A DNA stretch of 64,000 nucleotides, from NCBI GenBank assembly GCA_012295275.1, contig CM022670.1, forward strand, positions 28,396,001 through 28,460,000, written 5' to 3'. The notes under the pieces are model-generated. The model saw only the letters and a list, made by a program, of their open reading frames with translations, was not told where the DNA came from and ran no database searches. Made by a program: the position numbers and the translations under genes. The stretch comes from Chrysomallon squamiferum (Eukaryota; Animalia; Mollusca). Shown one piece after another: positions 36,653-49,379 of this stretch (the stretch's first letter is position 1; every line of letters begins with the position of its first letter).

Positions 36653-38108
36653 CATTCAGCTGTACAATACCAATGTTTATTAGATGTCTCACAAGACCTG
36701 GGAGGGTTTGGTGATAAGGAAAATCAGTCAGAAAGATAAGCAAAGGTGATAAGTAAAATTCATAATTTCAGGTTTAAAAGGAAATGAAATATGTAGTTTT
36801 AGGTTAAAGATTAAGCTTATGATTTATTAATGTTAAGAGGTGGGGGACAAGATAAATTCAGATTATTAAGAAGTATGAATGTAATTTTAGGTTAAAGATT
36901 AATTTTATTGACACAGATGAGGCAAATTGAGTTATAACCCTTCTGTGTGGGAGAGGGTGCAACAATCTACAAAGACTGGAGTTTCTGTAATTATCCATGG
37001 TAGCAGGGGAGGGTCTTATAACCTTCCAGGGTAGTTAATTCTAGTACCAAAAAGGTTGAGCTTCTGTTACTATCCAATATAGGGGAAATTCTATAGTCAC
37101 ACTGGGGAAGTCAGCCATAACCCTCAAAATGGCTGAATTTCTTTCTTTCTCCCCTAGGGGAGGATGCTAAAACTGAACAGGATGTTGACCTGAATATTGA
37201 TAAAATGTCTGCCACACCCAGAAAGAAAAAAAGGAATTATGATAATAACTCATTAATATCACCTGTGTAACATTCTGTTGCCTGGCAAGCTAATTAACTG
37301 AGAAAGTGAACCAAACTGATCAATGAATCCTGGAGTTGTGTTACCTGTGGCTGGGAATAGCTTTATTGTGTAGGTGTATGATGAAGGTGTGACATGTAGA
37401 TGTGTCCACCTGATAATATTTTTACATTCATAACTCAGGTTTTTTGTTTGTCCTTAATACATGAAATATAGAAAATGAAAATAATAATAATTTTTCAATT
37501 TTTCTAATAATAAAATGCTAAACCATCTTTAAGTGAAACTGTTTTACCAATTTCTTGTCTGTGTTATAAATAATTCTGTAAAATATTATAATTAATTTGA
37601 GAATGTATTTGATATCCTGAATATTAAAAAAGATAAAAGCCTTAATTAAATATACTGGTCTCATAATATATTATTAATACAAATTCATATGACATATTTT
37701 CAAATATTTTAAATCAGTTATGTATGTAATTTAAGTAGTTATTTTCTGCAAATGTAAGCCTTTATTATAAGTCATTATTTAATTAAAAAGACTACATGAA
37801 TTTATTTTATTTATTATAATTTTTTTTTGTTGTACATTTATATACATAATACATAAATGTATGTAATATTTTAATTCAAAATCAGTACAGTTGTATGTCA
37901 CAGTAAGTTGGTATGTAAACCATTTATTCCACATCAGATTTTTGACCTACATCAACTTAATAAGAAGCACATGGGGATTAAAGCCACTCATGTGAAGAAC
38001 ATTTATAATACACACAGCAATTTTTAATTTATTATTTTTTTCCTCGTATCTCAATATTAACACATGAACAGTGACAGAAAAAGATGTTATAGTGTAATTT
38101 CAGCTTAC

Positions 38109-38151
38109 CTGAAGCAAACCGGGTAGGTGGGTGTTTGGTAACTATTTCCAT
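38109..38151 (-). CDS. Candidate alternative first coding exon (MEIVTKHPPTRFAS)
   Basis: ATG open to a strong phase-1 donor TCA G|gtaagc, in a locally GC-richer segment. Short, so it could be chance. Confidence 0.4.
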
Positions 38152-38589
38152 ATCAAGCCATGACAGAACCTGATGGCCATGTGTGTTGTTGTGACTCGGC
38201 CCAGTAAATAGCCATTGCTGTATACATGCCTGGCATCCTGAGTCGCACACAATACTGGTCACATGACTACAGTGACCTGAGACAGGTCACCATACAGATA
38301 TGCATCAATGAAACTGGAGTGTGGGTGATGTATTTGGTGTGTAGGTGTGGGCGTGTATGTGTGCGTGCACGTGTGTTTGTTTATGTGGAAGGTGTGTTAA
38401 CAGTTTGAATAAGTGAATTACTATCTGTATGGGTTGTATCTGTATGTGTCACTGATGTTGTAGATATTGGTATATCTGTACATGAGCAAACAAATGTCAT
38501 GTGTTTTGTCTATAAAATGGTAGTTTGTGCATGTGTGCATGTCCCCAAAACAAAGACAGGTAAGTAGGTAGAGAAAAGCATGTAGAGAG

Positions 38590-38593
<4 letters not shown>

Positions 38594-38662
<69 letters not shown>
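38594..38662. repeat. (GA)n microsatellite
   Basis: Direct observation. Confidence 0.92.
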
Positions 38663-38665
<3 letters not shown>

Positions 38666-39348
38666 AATAATACAAGAAAAATAATGTTATACTAGTTACC
38701 ATATTTACCTCTTTTTTCTAATTTTAAAGATTTATTCCATATATCTGACAGAATAAGTCTGAATTTTTCTTTTTTACTTCAGTAGATGTGTGAATTTCTG
38801 CACGTAACTGCATATGTGCACATTTATGTCTCTGTGTATTTGTTACAACTTATGTGCATGAACATACATGCGTTTCTGTGTGTGTAAGGCTGTATGTATT
38901 TGTGTGTATTTGTGCACGTAAGCATATATATATTTTCTTATTAACAACACTACTTCAAGCAAAGCCTAATCACATGGCCAATGGTGAGGATAAATATATG
39001 TACAGGAAATGTTATTAACAAGATTAATGCTTTAAAAAGAAAACCCAAATCTATAGAACTCTTTATTTTATGTGTGTGCTTTAATAATACCTAATGCTAC
39101 ATTCTATACCACCGTGTGCATCAATAGCTCCAAATACTACTTTCCATAAAGCTTTATGCACGAACAACAACAAATGCTTTTCTTTTTATCCCAACATCTT
39201 TACAAAAAAATGTTCTATTGAACATTATACAGAAGCAATGAGCTATGTGCTGTCAATTTTGTGGCTTCCAACACTCACACAAAGAAATAAAATGGATCAG
39301 TGTCAATGAGAAATATCAATATGATAAACAAGTAGTAAAACAGAAACT

Positions 39349-39486
39349 AGAATCTGAGAAATCCTAGACTATTATGTAAGCATGAACCAGATCTAAGAAA
39401 TACTAGATTACATACACAAGTATGAACCAGAATCTAAGAAATTCTAGACTATTGTACAAGGAAAACATGAACCAGAATCTGAGAAA
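39349..39486. repeat. Degenerate ~40-bp tandem repeat, 3-4 copies
   Basis: Recurring atgaaccagaatct(g/a)agaaat..tagactatt. Confidence 0.75.
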
Positions 39487-40114
39487 ATGTATGAACAATA
39501 ATAAAATTATTTAATTACATCTTGAATGTTTTTGTTTTGTTTTTTGTTTATTTATTTATTTATTCATCTGTCTATTTCTCAGTTTCTCACCCACAACAAA
39601 ATGAAATTAACAGAAAGTATTTCCAGTTTTAGAAACATAATGTTCTCATTCAAAAGAACATTAATAATTTAAAAATATAATGAAATGAAATGACTGAATA
39701 AATTAGTGCATATTAATAAATAAACTTGGGAAACAAAAATAATGTAAAGAAATCTAAGATAACATGATGTAATATTATGCAGTGAAATGTAATGTTATAC
39801 AATGTAAATTATAATGTCATGTAACAAATTGAAATGTGACAAGTAGTAACTTTATGCATGAATTACAATATAAAGTCACATAACATAATGCTAGTAATTA
39901 GTAAAAACAAATATGATATTAAATAAATAATAAAGTGACCAATATCAGCATAAAGTACAGTAAATATACAAGTCAGACATTATTAATTTGTGTGTGTGTG
40001 TTCATGTATGTAAAAACAAGTCAGTATTAATGCACTATCAATAAGCAAGTTATCATATACATAAAATATCAATATATAACTAAAGTAAAGTTATTTTACA
40101 TCAACAAGACTTAC

Positions 40115-40202
40115 CAAGTGGTGACAAAAACCACAGCCTTAACATGTTGACTAAAATCTGTGTCCTGTATCCACTTAGAAATGTATAATAATATCCTCTC
40201 AT
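40115..40202 (-). CDS. Candidate alternative first coding exon (MRGYYYTFLSGYRTQILVNMLRLWFLSPL)
   Basis: 29 open codons from ATG to a consensus phase-1 donor CTT G|gtaagt. A second in-frame ATG lies at 40145. Confidence 0.5.
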
Positions 40203-42250
40203 ACACACGATGTCATCAAGTGATTCTAACAGAATGTATGTAAACCAATCTTCACAGATCTCTCAGTGAGCTGCTTGAAACATGGAAAAGAAAACTTTTC
40301 ACACTTCCTGCAGTGGTTGGGGAAAAACCCATAATTTTCACAAGCATTCGAAAGAAGTCCCATCTGTTCAAATCAGGAATGAAAAAGCTTCATTTCCAAA
40401 ACAAACTCACATTTTTAAAGTTAGACCCAGTGGTTTAATTACAGTATTAAAATATTTAATTAAACAGCATGAAAAAAATGTTGGAATATTTGTACTGATT
40501 CACCAGTTTAACAAAATCCCAAGCTTCCTTACTTTGCTGAAGAATTCCCACCAAATCCACTATTTAAGAAACCCCAACCAGTTTTCTACAGATGTAAAGA
40601 AGTCCCCCACCAATTCCATGATTATCAAAAATAACCATCATCTCTCTTTGGATATCACAGAACACCCACCAGTTCTAAAATGCTCATATCTTGATATACA
40701 AGCGGAAGAGAGAAAAAAAACTTCAATTCACAGAACTCAACATTGATATTTTCAAAAAACTAAGGAAGAAGAAGAAAAAATTGACTGAACCACTGACTGG
40801 GCCTCTCAACAGGGAGACCAGTTCTGTACAAATCAGTGATTGTATGTTTTCATGATGATGAGGAATCTTTTCAAACATGAGATAAGCTGCTGTCAGATTA
40901 TTACCAAATTAATCCACATTCTGATATACGGACACTCTTGGGTCAGTTTCATATCAATACCGTCTGTCTGATTTTTATTTATAATTATGCCGTAATGACG
41001 TAGTTGGTGTTGGTAAAGATATGATAAGAAAAGATGATGTTAAAGCTGTCTGGAAAGAAGTCAAGGTTGCGAAGGTATCAACATCAAACTGGACCTTTTT
41101 TTTTTTTTTTTTCCTGGTTTATTTCCTTGGTTGTTGTTTTTTTCAATTTTATCATGCTTGATTTTGCTTACTTTCTTGATTTTGTTTAATTTTTTTTATT
41201 TAACTTATTTTCATTAATGTTTCCTATTTTATTATTTTTGTTTCTTTGCTACATTAAACTTATTTTGCTTATTTTCCTAATTTGTTTATTTACTTGAATT
41301 TGTTTGCTTTAGTTTACTTGGTTTTGTTTGCTTCCTTGACTCTGCTTATTTTTATTATTTTGTTTATTTACTTATTGGTTTGCTTGCTTCTTTTGTTATC
41401 AACCATTTACTTATTTTTTGTTTGTTATTTGTCAGCCTGCTTATTTAGGCACACTTTAATTTTATTATTTATTTTTATTTTATTTCTTGTTTGGGTGTAA
41501 AATTATCATCTGCAGAAAGAAATATGTTCACAAGATGCTTTCAATTCAAAGATATAATTTCTTGAACATCCTGTGAATGTTACTATCTTCATGTACATCA
41601 AGTCAGCACATTATCAATACCAGGCCATAGATTTAACAAACAAAAAATCCCCAAAAATTAAAAATTAAAAATTTTAAAATTTTAAAAGTGCAAATAATAA
41701 AAATGATTTTAAAAAAAATAAATTGGAAAACATATTCTGTAAAAAAAAACATTTATTTTTTATTTAAAGCTTTAAGAGATTAAACTGCTACTCTATCCAA
41801 ATGCTGATATTCACTGCATTGTATAACTTAAAATTAACTATGTTCGTTTTAGATGATTCCATTACTTTTAAAATACCTTCTCTACCTACAACAACTGTAT
41901 TTCAGTTATTTACTTGAATTAACATACAAACACATTGACAATCAGTATATACAAAATATATCCCACCCAGATGGAAAAGCATATTTAAAATGAAGGAACA
42001 TGTAAAACAAGTATATCCAGTCAGTGGACTGGAAAGATCTGGTAATTCACTGAAGCTGTAACATAAAGGATCACAACCTTTGTTTCAGTTTTTTTTTTTT
42101 TTTTTTTTTTTAAAGCAATGTGTCTGTCAAGGTGCACTGTCTCACCTGTTAGGTATTTCCAATTAAAATCACAATCAATACAGCACACTGGTGTCACAAC
42201 ATGTTACAAACTTAACTAGCTGTCTGTACACACCCAGCCAACACCTGGCA

Positions 42251-42308
42251 TCTCTCACTGTGTTGTAACCTGCTTTACCTCTACAAGTCTCTGTATACCT
42301 TGGTCTGT

Positions 42309-42362
<54 letters not shown>

Positions 42363-42422
42363 TCTCACTGTGTTGTAACCTGCTTTACTGTGTTGTAACC
42401 TCTTTACAAGTCTCTGCATACC

Positions 42423-42453
<31 letters not shown>

Positions 42454-42478
42454 GTGTGTGTGTGTGTGTGTGTTTTGT

Positions 42479-42519
<41 letters not shown>

Positions 42520-42612
42520 TCTCTGTGTTGTAACCTGCTTTACCTCTACAAGTCTCTATATACCTTGGTCTGTTGTATGTGTGTGTATATGTGTGTGTGT
42601 GTGCGTGTGTGT
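42251..42612. repeat. Triplicated ~60-bp unit interleaved with (GT)n tracts
   Basis: ctgtgttgtaacctgctttacctctacaagtctct.tataccttg at about 42258, 42368-42425 and 42522. Confidence 0.88.
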
Positions 42613-43962
42613 TTTCAATAAATTAACACATTTTATTTATGAAATTTTAGATATTTTAATATCTTCTCACAAGATTATATATATATATATAAATAATGCA
42701 TAAAAGACACACACAAAATATAGACTTGACTGCACAAATACATTATCCACATTAGTTAAGTGTAACAATTTCCACGTGATCAGAACGAGACAGGTTGTGC
42801 TTAGGCTAACTACCGATACCCTAACCTAATAACACACTAACTGCTGTTGTAGCAGTTTAATGGTATGTTTTAATAACTGGCTATGTTGATGTTAAACTCA
42901 ACAAAAAGTAAAATCTTATGGAACAAAAATTATCCTGAACAGACAAGCTATAGACAAACTGCAATGATCCAATACAAACAATTTTTTTTTTTAAAACTGG
43001 GCAAGGCCAGTATAAACAAAAATTATCCATTACAGATAAATAAATAAATAAATTATTATTATTATTATATACCAAATATTTGATTAGAAACTAAAAAGCA
43101 TAATAATAATAATAAATTTAACAGTTGCAGAAGCAAGTCACTATAATAAATTAAATTCCAGAATAACACTGTTTTTATAAATCTGCATAAAATAACAATT
43201 ACCATCATATCAAATGCAGTAATAATAATAAAATAAAAATTAGTATGTATCTAATTTGCATTTGTAAATAAAAAAGTTTAAAAATTCATAATTAATATTT
43301 TAAATTTTAAAAATTGGTACATCATGTAAAATATATAACCTATTTACCTCAGTTAACACCAGAAACAGCGTTGTCATTTTACAACAGTGTACACAGCACC
43401 ATGACAACGCTGTTCACAGCGTGGAAAGCTGGTGACTATAAATAAGATAGGTGTCCGGTTAGGCAAATCACCTGAGAAATAGACTGAAGCAATTACATGC
43501 TTCAGTGAATATATTAAGGTGTTAATGTTCTACAACTTTGACCTTTGTTTTAAGGTTGAAGCCAGGTTAATCCAGTTTATGTAGTGCGTGTTATGACAGT
43601 TTCTGTAGAAAATGTCTCTGAGTGAATTTTGCCCTACATGCTTAAGACATAAATGTATAAGAGGCAGAAAGTATGTCAAAAGTACTTTTAAGATAATTAT
43701 GTGGTCAGCATGATAAGCTGTCAATCAGCTAGTTAGATTGTAAGTGTTTTGTTCTTGTTACTTCTTCTTCATGAATGTTTTCTGTTTTAAATTATTATTA
43801 TACTATTATTGTTTATTACTGAAAGAAAACTTACCAAAACAAATATACTCAAAAGACTGAGTGCCAACTGATGAAACCTGCAGATTGTGTGATACAAGAA
43901 ACAATGCCTATTTCAGTCTGCATTTTTTGTGTTATGTCTGTGTGTGTTGTGTATTTTATGTG

Positions 43963-44018
<56 letters not shown>

Positions 44019-46446
44019 AAATATGTATTAAAACCAAAACAATTTAGAAGTGAACTTTGTCAGCCTGAATAAACACAAGTACATATTGTTCTCACTTTTT
44101 CTTTGTATTTCCAAATGTACTTTCAGAAGCCTCAACGCCTACGTATTTATTACAAACAACTCTTTGTAACATTTTCTACTCCAAACACCAGACTGGTAAC
44201 ATGCACACAGGTAAAAATAACAAACAAATATATACCTCATGTATCTTCATCTAGTGATGAAAGTAGATGACACCCAGACAAAGTACAGGCTCATGAAAAT
44301 GTGATATGATATTCTTTGTCAATGTTAGACAGCCATTATGGTTAAAAAAATGTTACACTGCATGCTTACAAGGCATTAATTGATAGTCATATACTTGCTA
44401 AATAAGTTTTTTTTTTAAATAACACCTAAAAATGTATAATAATATTAATAATAATAAAAAACATAAAAAAACAACAACCATTAAATAAAAAATAAAAACA
44501 TCTAACCTTGTGTATAAAAACAGAAAACCATCTGAAAAGTTCAAGCCAGGAACTTTATAACATCATGCCTTACAAGGAACATTCTAAAAATAAATATTAC
44601 CACTCCTATCTCTTTCTACCTCTTGTCCGTTTTTCTGAGTGTCTGAACAGTTAATAAAAACATGCAATTACAAAAAAACACACAGATACTATCTAACTAT
44701 TTTACTTTAAGTAATTAATAAGTACCCTTTATCCAAAAACAATCTACAACCCTTTGATAGTTTTGACAGTAAAACAGTATTCCTTATCCATACATAACCA
44801 ACTGTCTACCACCCTCTGGTAGGTGTGACACTGAAACAATACTCACCTGTGAGAGTTTACAGACTCCACTCACCCTTCTGCTGTCTACCAGCCTCTGACA
44901 TTAATAAAACAATGCTTACTACCCTGTCTGCCACCCTGACAATGAATTAGTTAGTACTGGCTACCCCCACCATCTACCAGCCTCTGACAGGTATGTTATC
45001 ACCTGTAGAACAATTGAAACTAATTAAGAAACCCAATCAGTCAAAATAACAGTGAATGTTTTCTAACAACTGGAATACTCTCCTGTCAGACACAAGCTGT
45101 TTAAGTTTTACAAAACAGTCTGAGACTATGTCCATGTCAAATATGCTTTAACCATTGAAATGGATATAAAAATGTAATTATTTATTCAATACATTTTATA
45201 TTAAATGACTGTTATTTGGAATAATAATGTAATTTGTAGAACAAAAGTGGGAAAATATATAGGAAAGGTTTCGTTTTAAAGTATTGAATAATGGTGAGAA
45301 ATGGAATTTATGTAACAGCATTGATTAGAATAGGAAGTTTTATCTGTCTCTCTGTCTGTCTCTCTCTCTCTCCACACACCCATAAGAATTCCAGTTCACT
45401 TTTGTTTGTGTCCTTGCAGGAAGGTGAAAATAATGCAAACAGTATGATGAAGTTTATCAACCTCATTTACCCTATCCAGCACTGAATCATGTTATTCTCA
45501 CACCAGATGACAGTAAAAATGTATTATTATCATACCATAAAGATTTCCTATTAACACTGTCTGTCTGAGAAAATGAAAAACAATTAGGTAGTCTGCAAAT
45601 GACGGCTGGAATCTTCAGATTTCCCAGAAGCAATTACTGTCCATCCATGCGACCATGAATACATTACATACATGGCAGGTCATCACACAGGTATGTGAAA
45701 TACACAAACTGCATGAAATTACCAGGTGGTACAGGTAGCCAATTCATTTCGCCCACTCCCGTGAGATGTAACAGTGATAAAAGTTTCATGTTTCAAATCT
45801 GTGTATTCTGACTTTCTATTTAATACTTGGACAATACACACTTTCAGATCGTGCTTTAGAAGCTGTGTCATTTGTGTATACAAAATATCTCTTATTATAG
45901 CTTGATTTTACAGACCTTGATATTCACATTTTAATTATTTTAATTATTTTCTTTTATATTAAATAGACTTCTAGACCATTTTGTATATCAATACCTCTAC
46001 TTCTATCATATATTTATGAAAGTGGTATATATGTGTATATCTTATAACAAAACACAGCTATTATGGAATATAATAATTTTGGTATGTCACAGCCATTTGT
46101 AATAAAATTTCATATGCCATATGTCTTTTATTTAGTCATTTTATTTCAATTTCTTTTATTACATATGTGTATAATAAAATCTTATATTACACTTTCATTA
46201 TCCATGCAAAATCATACTACCTTATCATGTATTACTGTATATTATGTCAGTTTCATATAATTATAATGCAATATAAATGATTTGGTGTATCATGGCTTTG
46301 TATGTAAATGATTTTATATGTCATACTTCATATATGAAACATATAACATCTTGGTATCTGATAGCTTCACATATACTGTAACTTATACATAACTTAGTAT
46401 ATCACAGTGATATATGTCAGGACATAAAACAGTGTAGTCCACTCAC

Positions 46447-46501
46447 CTGACACTGACCAGTCACAAAAACAGCAGTGTCGAATATCTGAAGTGTTCCCCA
46501 T
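46447..46501 (-). CDS. Candidate alternative first coding exon (MGNTSDIRHCCFCDWSVS)
   Basis: ataATGG start context, open to a consensus phase-1 donor TCA G|gtgagt. Confidence 0.5.
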
Positions 46502-48550
46502 TATTCCATTAATATCTGTGACTGTTTTTTTCCCATGCTGTCCACAGTGGGTCTTCTCTTTCTGAACCAATAACTTTCACTGAACTCTGACCTTTTCAAT
46601 ACCAAAACCAGTGACCAGTGCAATGTCCACTTTGAGACCAAGGAGACCTCACACTGGCCTATTTACAAAGGTTATGCAAGAGGTGACCAGAAGTTGCAGA
46701 AATGAGTTGACAAACATGGAGGGATGTTTCAACTGATTGATTGCTTGCTATCCTCCCTGGCAAGTGAAACAAGCAAGGGGAGTGATAGAATGAAGCCAGG
46801 AAGGTGTGTGATAGAGTGATGCCAGAAAGAGGTGATCAGAGGCAAACAAGTAAGGGTACACTGAGGCAAACAAGTATGCGGATGGTCTAAGGGAAACATG
46901 CAAAGAATTTGTCTGAGGAAAACAATGGTGGGTCTGAGAAAACTGGCAAACAGAAAGGGTTTGGACTAATGAATTGGTTCCAGTCAAAAGGGTTATGCAA
47001 GGGGGTGGTTGCAGACAAAAACACTAAATGAACGGTTCCACTGACAGACTGCTTGTTGTCTGCCCTGGCAGCACAATCAATCTTTATTTGCCTATTAACA
47101 CAGGAAATCCTCAAGACAGGCTACTAATGACTTCATGCAAATTAAGTTAGAGAGAGATAATATGGGAGATAATTCTATCAGACCAAATAAATTACACTGA
47201 CAATATAAAAATAAAAAATAAAAATGAGTAACTGAAAGTTGGAATGTAGAATAATGAATTTAAAAAATTTAATTTTAGTTCATAATTTCACATTTCTAGT
47301 TATATTGCATTTATTATAAAATAAAAAAATTAAAATGCAGGTAGATGCTGTAATATAATTCACACCTTCTGGCCAATTTCCTAAACAGTGTTTTGAATCT
47401 GAATTTTTTATAGATATACATATATATATAAATTACATGCAAAGAAAATATATAGAACTCTTTAAAATTTAAATTTTATAAATATTTGTATGTTTAAAAC
47501 ATGTAGCTATTAAATGCTAATGTTTTTTTGTCTGTTTTTTTAAATTTCAGAAAATGCAAAATGATTATTCCAAGAAAGAAAAAAAGCAGCAATTCAAATT
47601 TTAATTTAAAAATACAATAATTTTATAACCTTTACCAATTCATTATATGCATATAAGTGTGTTATTTTTCATAGATATCAGAAGGTGTGAACACTGAATA
47701 ACCATAAAGTCTAATATCAAGTGATCTTTAAAATTAACATTGTCTGGCCTAAGGAGATAATGTCAACAGGTTTTAGAAATCAGGATCATATGATCTTTGA
47801 AAATAATTAAAAAAAAGAGTATCATATACAAAACAAAACAGCTTTAAATAACCTTAGAAATTAATATCAGCAGATTCTAAAACATGACCTGAACATCTCA
47901 ATTCAGGTCAACCACACACATAAATTAATATGAACTGACATCCATAAATGAACATCAAGCCATTAATAAGTGATGAGCAGAAATGATAAAACCCATTAAA
48001 CAGTGGAAAGAAGACATCAAACTGGTCAATTAGTCTATCAATTACCCACAACTATTAGTATTACCTTATCTTACTGATGACAGATCATTCATTAATCCAA
48101 GAGATAATCTTGGAACATCTATTCCTTAATCCTACTGATAATCTCAGACTGTCAATCCATTAATCCTACAGATAACCTATGAACATCATTCCATTAATCC
48201 TATAATCTCTGAACATCATTTCATTAATCCTACAGATAATATCATAAGTTTAATCATCTTTGTGATATAGTGGTCATTTTTGAAAGTGAAATGAAAGGGC
48301 AGGTGGTTTTATACCCAGTTTCTGATGAGCCTGTTTCTCATGGCTCAGTACAGTGTCTTGGGACTCACCACCGGCAGGGAGGAATTAAAGTGAGACAGAT
48401 AACAAAGAGTCTTTGTTTAACATAATCTCCACCTTCCTTCAGGCTGAGTGGATCAGTCTTAAGATGGAAGTGGATAGTTAAGTGGACAGGTCAGATGTAA
48501 GAAGGTTTTACTCTCTCTTGTTCTAGAGTAGTTTTTAGTTTACTTTTAGT

Positions 48551-48585
<35 letters not shown>

Positions 48586-49348
48586 GAGCCTTGATCAGTT
48601 GATGGGATTAAGGAGTTTATTTTTTTTTTTAAATGATTTGTTCATGGTTAATTATTATATCATTATCATAATTTGTTTTGGTAATTATTACTTATTATTA
48701 TTATTATACTAATTTCTAATTATTTCATTATTCATTGCAATCTGGGTTTTATTTTTTTATTTTTTTTCAAATTCTCAAATTTTGGGTATCATGAATTTAA
48801 GTTATTTATATTCTGGTATAAATGACAGTATTTTACAAAAATTTAACACTTGTGAAATTCTTATCTGCTGCTTGAACTTTTTTGTCAACTGACACCTATC
48901 AACAATAAACTTTAAAATACCAGGTATAAATTAAGTACTGTATATTTTATATGGTTAAAGAAGAAAAAAGAAATGACCCTTTAAGATTTTTTTTATTTTC
49001 ATGGGTTCATAAAAATCTGTGACTATAATAATAAGGCCAACATGAAGGTAAGAAATTATAGACTAAACATACCTGGAGATCGAGACAACTGAGGTAAAAA
49101 TTTACCTTTTGACCTCAGGTAATTTAAGAATCTGTTTAGAGGAATGAACTTGGTGAGAAAATACGTTAACCCTAAGTCATCTATACCACACAGAGTAATT
49201 TACCTGAACAGTTATGTACCTTTTTTTTTTTTTTTGAGATGTTGTTTAAAGTGTTAATATTACATAAAAAAAACAACTATTGAACTTATTTATGAGGATT
49301 ATTGTTCAGAGAATAGGAAATAGATTTAAATAAAAAAAAATAATTTAA

Positions 49349-49379
<31 letters not shown>

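Noticed and set aside
40282-40746. 154-aa plus-strand ORF
   Set aside because: No recognisable domain or splice context. It overlaps the presumed 5'UTR of a minus-strand first exon.
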